In this document: positions 59,678 to 64,000 of the stretch, in pieces | How positions within the stretch are numbered: the stretch's first letter is position 1 | Layout: each line of letters opens with the position of its first letter | From: an uncultured delta proteobacterium | Lineage (GTDB): Bacteria > Myxococcota_A > Polyangia > Polyangiales > Polyangiaceae | Length of the DNA stretch: 64,000 nt | Assembly: GCA_963850305.1 (NCBI GenBank) | Contig: CAWKKR010000001.1 | Location: 608,001 to 672,000 of the forward strand | Direction of reading: 5' to 3' | Program-made: the position numbers and the translations under genes | Notes under the pieces: generated by a model | Seen by the model: the letters and a program-made list of their open reading frames with translations, nothing else | What the model was told of the DNA's origin: nothing | Database searches by the model: none

Positions 59678-60255
59678 ATGCGCCCGAGCCCAACAGGATC
59701 GGTTACGTTCACCGACGTGAAAAGAACGAACATCTGGAAGCCATGTTGCATGGGATTATACGCCGTGGGCCTCGCCGCGCTGGCCTGCGACGACGGCGCG
59801 CTCACCGCCAAAGCGCCCGGCGCCCACTCTCCGCTGATGGGCGAACGAGCGCCCGACTTCGATCTGCCGGCACAGTCCGGTGGCAAGCGCGCGAGTCTCG
59901 AGGATGCGTCGGGCAAGGTATCGATCGTCGACTTCTGGGCTACCTGGTGCGGGCCGTGCAGAGCGTCGTTTCCGAAATACGAGGCGCTCTCCAAAAATAC
60001 GCCGACGATGTCGTCGTGTTCGGCATCTCGGAAGACGACGATGCAGACGGCATCAAGCCCTTCGCGGCCGAGACTGGTGCTACGTTCGTCCTTGCCTGGG
60101 ATCCAGACAAGCGCGTCGCGGGGGCGTATCACCCGGACTCTATGCCGACGGCCTTCATCGTCGACAAGAGCGGGCTCGTTCGGTTCGTCCACGCCGGCTT
60201 TCACGAGGGCGAGGACCAGGAGATCGATGCTCAAATCAAGGGGCTGATCGAATAG
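59678..60255 (+). CDS. TlpA/ResA-family thioredoxin-like disulfide reductase lipoprotein, frameshifted at ~59995
   Basis: APDFDL, IVDFWATWCGPC in frame 59678. MPTAFIVDKSGLVRFVH in frame 59743. The switch is at the A5 run 59993-59997. Confidence 0.88.
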
Positions 60256-60340
60256 GACCCACGATGCGAGCCTGGACGGTGGCTCCACCCCGACGAGCAC
60301 TGCCTCGCGCGCGGCGGCTCTTTCGAATTAGATGGGGGTC

Positions 60341-61495
60341 ATGAAGCTTCATCCGAATTTCGTCCTCCTCCTCGTCGCCGGAGTCGTCGGGTGCAGTCGG
60401 GCCCCTTCCGGCGATTCGGCGAGCACCGGGCGCGTCGCTGCCGCGCCTGAGCCAGTCGTGTCTGGCGCAACGACGCCGTCCACGATCGCGACACCGAGGT
60501 CGGCGGCAGCATCCGTCTCTGGCGCCGCGGAACCTGCCCACCTCGTCGCCCAATCGCTACCACTGCCGGGCGCCAGCGGCCCCGCGTCGCTCGACTTCAT
60601 CTTCTATGAGCGCTCCCCCTCGCGGGTATGGGTACCCGCCGGGAGCACCGGGAGTGTCGATGTTCTCGACACCGCGAGCGGGGCGTTCACTCGCGTCGAG
60701 GGCTTCAAGACCGCGGAGCGAGAGCGGCACGGCAAGAAGCGCACGATCGGCCCGAGCGCCGGCTCCGTGGGTGACGGGTTCGCGTACATCGGGAACCGCG
60801 CAACCAGCGAGGTCTGCCCGGTCGACGTAAAGACCCTGAAGACAGGCACGTGCGTGAAGATGTCCGCGGAGACCGACGGCGTCGTTTACGTGGCCCCTTC
60901 GAAGGAGGTCTGGGTGACGCTCCCGAAGGAGCAAACAATCGCAGTGCTCGACGCTTCGAAGCCGGGCACGCTGAAACCGAGGGCACCGATCAAGTTGGAT
61001 GGCTCGCCCGAGTGTTACGCCGTGGACGTGGGGCGCGGCATCTTCTTCACCAACCTGGAGGACGAGGGACGAACCGTGGCCGTCGATATCGAGACGCGCA
61101 AGGTCGAGGCCACGTGGAACCCGGGCTGCGGGGCGGATGGCCCGCGCGGCGTCGCGTTCGACGCGGCTCACGATTTCGTCATTGTCGCATGCACGGATCA
61201 CGTGCAGGTGCTCGACGCTGGACATGGCGGCGCTCCGCTCGGCAGACTGGACACGGGCGCCGGGGTGGACAACCTCGACTACGTCGACCGGACGCATTTG
61301 CTTTACGTCGCCGCAGGAAAGGCCGCTCGATTGACGGTCGCCGCCGTCGACGACAAGGGGCGGCTCGCCGTCGTGGCGACGGGTCAAACGTCGGAAGGTG
61401 CGCGAAATGCCGTCGCCGACGCGAACGGCACCGCGTACGTCGCCGACTCTCGACAAGCTCGCCTGCTCGTCTTCAAGGCGAAGGCCGCCCCGTGA
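60341..61495 (+). CDS. YncE-like beta-propeller lipoprotein
   Basis: Lipobox VVGC and repeated blades (VWVPAG..GSVDVLD, GPRGVAFD, GVDNLDY, ARNAVAD). Confidence 0.8.
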   Translation: MKLHPNFVLLLVAGVVGCSRAPSGDSASTGRVAAAPEPVVSGATTPSTIATPRSAAASVSGAAEPAHLVAQSLPLPGASGPASLDFIFYERSPSRVWVPAGSTGSVDVLDTASGAFTRVEGFKTAERERHGKKRTIGPSAGSVGDGFAYIGNRATSEVCPVDVKTLKTGTCVKMSAETDGVVYVAPSKEVWVTLPKEQTIAVLDASKPGTLKPRAPIKLDGSPECYAVDVGRGIFFTNLEDEGRTVAVDIETRKVEATWNPGCGADGPRGVAFDAAHDFVIVACTDHVQVLDAGHGGAPLGRLDTGAGVDNLDYVDRTHLLYVAAGKAARLTVAAVDDKGRLAVVATGQTSEGARNAVADANGTAYVADSRQARLLVFKAKAAP

Positions 61496-61575
61496 ACGGC
61501 TCGGCGAGCCCGCCATCCGCCATCCTCCCGGCTCCGGAGCATTCAAGGCCGGCCAATCGCACCGATGCCATTCCG

Positions 61576-62451
61576 TTGAAGGTTCGTCGCGCGTGCATGT
61601 TCGTCGGTTTCGTGCTCATGGCGGCCGCCGGGTGCAAACGCTCGGCGGGAACCGGCGACCATCCATCTCCCTCGTCGACGCCATCCCGAGCGGCGAGCGC
61701 AAGCGTTCGGTGTCCGCCGCCACCACGTTACGAACCGAGCCCGATCGAACGCGAAGAGGATATTGTCTTTTCGCTCCTCGCGGACGCGATCGACGTAAGC
61801 GACTGGCAGACCGCCTCCGACCGCACGCGCGGCGCCAACGTCGCGGCCGTGCTCGTCAGCCCGGAGCTGGTGCCCGTTTGCTGGGCGCGTAACACCACCG
61901 ACATCGCGAAGGACGCGACCCGCCATGCCGAAGTCGTCGCCATCACGAACTATCTGCGAAATGCGCGCAGTTACGACCTGAAAGGCTACTCGATTTACGT
62001 CACCCTGGAGCCTTGCCCGATGTGCGCGGGCATGATCCTCGTAACACACGTGCACAAGGTGATTTTTTCTACTCGCCAGCACTCTTGGGTGGGGCATACG
62101 TTCGATCGGCTTCAAGCTGCCGCGCTCGGCGAACACGGTGCGTGTCCGCACTACTGGGGGACGGTGGTGGGCGTCGGGCCTGCGGACATCTCCGACTCGC
62201 TCGACAGCGCTTCTTCGCGACCGGACACGTATTATTTTCTGGAGACTGCTGCGGCGAAAGGGATCTTCGAGAAGGCCGAACGTGAGCTGCGCGCCTTTCA
62301 GGCGACAGGCGCCGAAAGCGCACGGGTCCTGCGGCACGCGCTCGACTTCCTGGACAAGGTGCCACGCGGACCCGGTGCGGACCCGTACGAAACCGAGTGC
62401 CCGCCGACCGACCTCGAGCAGCCGTCATCGCCAGCGACGACGGGGGAGTAG
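61576..62451 (+). CDS. Zinc-dependent nucleoside/nucleotide deaminase (TadA/CDA fold) with lipoprotein signal
   Basis: TRHAEVVAI and YVTLEPCPMCAGMI motifs. N-terminal (L/M)KVRRACMFVGFVLMAAAG|C lipobox. Alternative start GTG 61492. Confidence 0.82.
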   Translation: MKVRRACMFVGFVLMAAAGCKRSAGTGDHPSPSSTPSRAASASVRCPPPPRYEPSPIEREEDIVFSLLADAIDVSDWQTASDRTRGANVAAVLVSPELVPVCWARNTTDIAKDATRHAEVVAITNYLRNARSYDLKGYSIYVTLEPCPMCAGMILVTHVHKVIFSTRQHSWVGHTFDRLQAAALGEHGACPHYWGTVVGVGPADISDSLDSASSRPDTYYFLETAAAKGIFEKAERELRAFQATGAESARVLRHALDFLDKVPRGPGADPYETECPPTDLEQPSSPATTGE

Positions 62452-62470
62452 CATTCGCGTCTCGAGCGAT

Positions 62471-63445
62471 TCACAGGACGTCGCCTTCCACCCCGAAGGC
62501 GGCCCCGAACCCCCACCAAGGCAGGGCCGGCACTCCGTCGGGCGTGCTCGTATCCTGACCAATGTGCGTCGCGTCCACGTCGGCACCAATCGTCGAACGG
62601 AAGCGGAGCTTGGCGGCGGCCGGATAGACTGCGCCCGCGTAGATGCCGACGAGTGTCTGGGCGCGGTCGGAGTCGTGTTCGATGCGTGCACCGGTGGTGG
62701 GATCGTGGGTGTGCCAGCCCTCGTGCTCCGCAGCCGCCGACAGGTTCATGCCGATCACCAGGGACAACGCGCGTCCCAGCGCCACGCGGCGCCCCACCTG
62801 GATACCCGAGGAGATGCTTGCAAGATCGGCCGGGCGCGCATCGTCCGCGTCGACCAGGATGTAGCTTGGCTCCCATCGCACGGTGAGGCCGAGGTCCCAG
62901 GCCGGAAGCGCGAGCGCAATGCCGAGGTCGATCGTCGGCGCGCCCAGGAGTCCAGGCCCGGCCAACCGCCCCCCGCCCAGGGCACTCAGGACGAGCCGCG
63001 CCGGAATGGGCACGCTCGTCGTCTCCGCTGGAACCGCAACCTCGACGACGGACGCCTGTTGCGCCGTCGCCCGCGGCGGAACCGAGACGCTCTCGGTAGC
63101 CGGTATCCTGACGAGCAACGCTTCCAGCGTGGGCCAGAGCTCTTCGGGGCCCGCAAGCGTTCGAGCCGCTTCCCGGCCGTCCGTCGTGGTGAACACCAGC
63201 CTCGCGGTCGTGCCATCCACCGTGAGCCGGGCGTCGGCGCACCCATCTACTGCTTCGTGAAGCCGCGTTCGCGCATCATCCACGGAGTCCTGCCAGACGG
63301 GTGCCAGATTCCCGGGGTCGGCGTGCAAGGGGCAGTCCGGCGCGGCGAGCACCGGTCCGGGCGATGCAACCCAGGCGATGATGAAAAGACCACGTCCGCG
63401 CGCCTGCGGCCAAAACGAATTCGCAGTACGCGAGAAGAAGGACAA
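62471..63445 (-). CDS. Hypothetical secreted protein with beta-barrel-like C-terminus (ECF-module partner, copy 3)
   Basis: Paralog of 40421..41359 (RFRSTIGADVDATHIG...LPWWGFGAAFGVE vs RFRTTLSGDVDATHLG...LPWCGFTLAMGVE). Confidence 0.75.
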   Translation of the reverse strand: MSFFSRTANSFWPQARGRGLFIIAWVASPGPVLAAPDCPLHADPGNLAPVWQDSVDDARTRLHEAVDGCADARLTVDGTTARLVFTTTDGREAARTLAGPEELWPTLEALLVRIPATESVSVPPRATAQQASVVEVAVPAETTSVPIPARLVLSALGGGRLAGPGLLGAPTIDLGIALALPAWDLGLTVRWEPSYILVDADDARPADLASISSGIQVGRRVALGRALSLVIGMNLSAAAEHEGWHTHDPTTGARIEHDSDRAQTLVGIYAGAVYPAAAKLRFRSTIGADVDATHIGQDTSTPDGVPALPWWGFGAAFGVEGDVL

Positions 63446-63646
63446 GCTCGGAGGTGTTCGCCCCCGGAGGCCTTCCCCTTCTCCGCTTCCGTGTCGCCGC
63501 TGGTCAATTTGCCAGGTTGGCCCGAGAGATCGGAAGCGTCAGGAAAGCGACCTCGCGAAATGAAGGTCCGCAAGTGATCAGACGAATAGGCTCCGTCGGC
63601 GCATCAAGTGATGGACGACACCCTCGACTCGCGCGACGGGCTGACT

Positions 63647-64000
63647 TCACCGCGAGAGCGCTTCCATCTCCACGTGTCGAAATCCGTGGGGGTAGTGACG
63701 TAGGTAGTCGAGCGCGGATGTTCTCGTGCCTCCGCGGTCGCCGCACCGCTGAAGGGCGATGACCCGCAGGTACATCGCATCTTCGGTTCGCGGATCCCGG
63801 GGGTGGGTCGCGAGAAAGCGAGCGAACCCGAAGGCGGCCTCCCGATTGTCCCCGCGATCGAGCGCCGCCATCGCGGCGCGGAAGTCGAGCGATGGATCAC
63901 GCACAGGACCCGGCGTCGTGGCGGTCACTGCGCCCTCTTGCTTGCCATTCACCAACGGCGAGGGCGATGGCGCGATCGGCACCGGCTCGTTCGAAGGCGC
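63647..64000 (-). CDS. C-terminal TPR end of an anti-sigma/FecR-type protein (5' part outside the window)
   Basis: FRAAMAALDRGD...HPRDPRTEDAMYLRVIAL...DYLRHYPHGFR closely matches the C-terminus of 41928..43130. Confidence 0.75.
   Translation of the reverse strand, partial: APSNEPVPIAPSPSPLVNGKQEGAVTATTPGPVRDPSLDFRAAMAALDRGDNREAAFGFARFLATHPRDPRTEDAMYLRVIALQRCGDRGGTRTSALDYLRHYPHGFRHVEMEALSR

Noticed and set aside
61576..62451. Housekeeping tadA
   Set aside because: It is much longer than TadA, has a lipobox and C-terminal extension, and lacks the typical EVPVGA motif (GANVAAV here).

Overview
High-GC window that reads as myxobacterial, probably Polyangiaceae/Sorangiineae-like. This is inferred from the MYXO-CTERM tail, the many Cys/Gly-rich lipoproteins, a TonB-C-fused TonB-dependent receptor and a CglB-like vWA lipoprotein. 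About 58 CDS were called by eye from motifs; no database searches were run. I found no rRNA, tRNA, CRISPR array, integrase or transposase. The left half (1-35 kb) is mixed metabolism and regulation: alpha/beta hydrolase, Baeyer-Villiger monooxygenase with a divergent TetR, OPX plus beta-barrel, SNF2 helicase, di-heme peroxidase, a TraB-like plus lectin/MYXO-CTERM adhesin pair, a two-component system, EgtB, Amt, ArsR-aquaporin, adenylate cyclase and a stand-alone ACT-ACT protein. The right half (38-64 kb) is a cell-envelope island. It holds a repeat-core lipopeptide coupled to a ferritin-like diiron enzyme, two complete copies and a probable third, truncated copy of a [small OM barrel / ECF sigma / TPR anti-sigma] module, a DUF2271-DUF4266-DUF3570 locus with cytochrome lipoproteins, a TonB receptor, duplicated Cys-rich lipoproteins, TlpA and a lipoprotein-anchored zinc deaminase. 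At least seven genes carry frameshifts, most likely long-read or consensus errors. Best candidates for undescribed systems: (1) the lipopeptide-precursor/diiron-enzyme pair at 38.3-39.8 kb, (2) the lectin-tipped TraAB-like pair, (3) the repeated barrel-ECF-anti-sigma triad.
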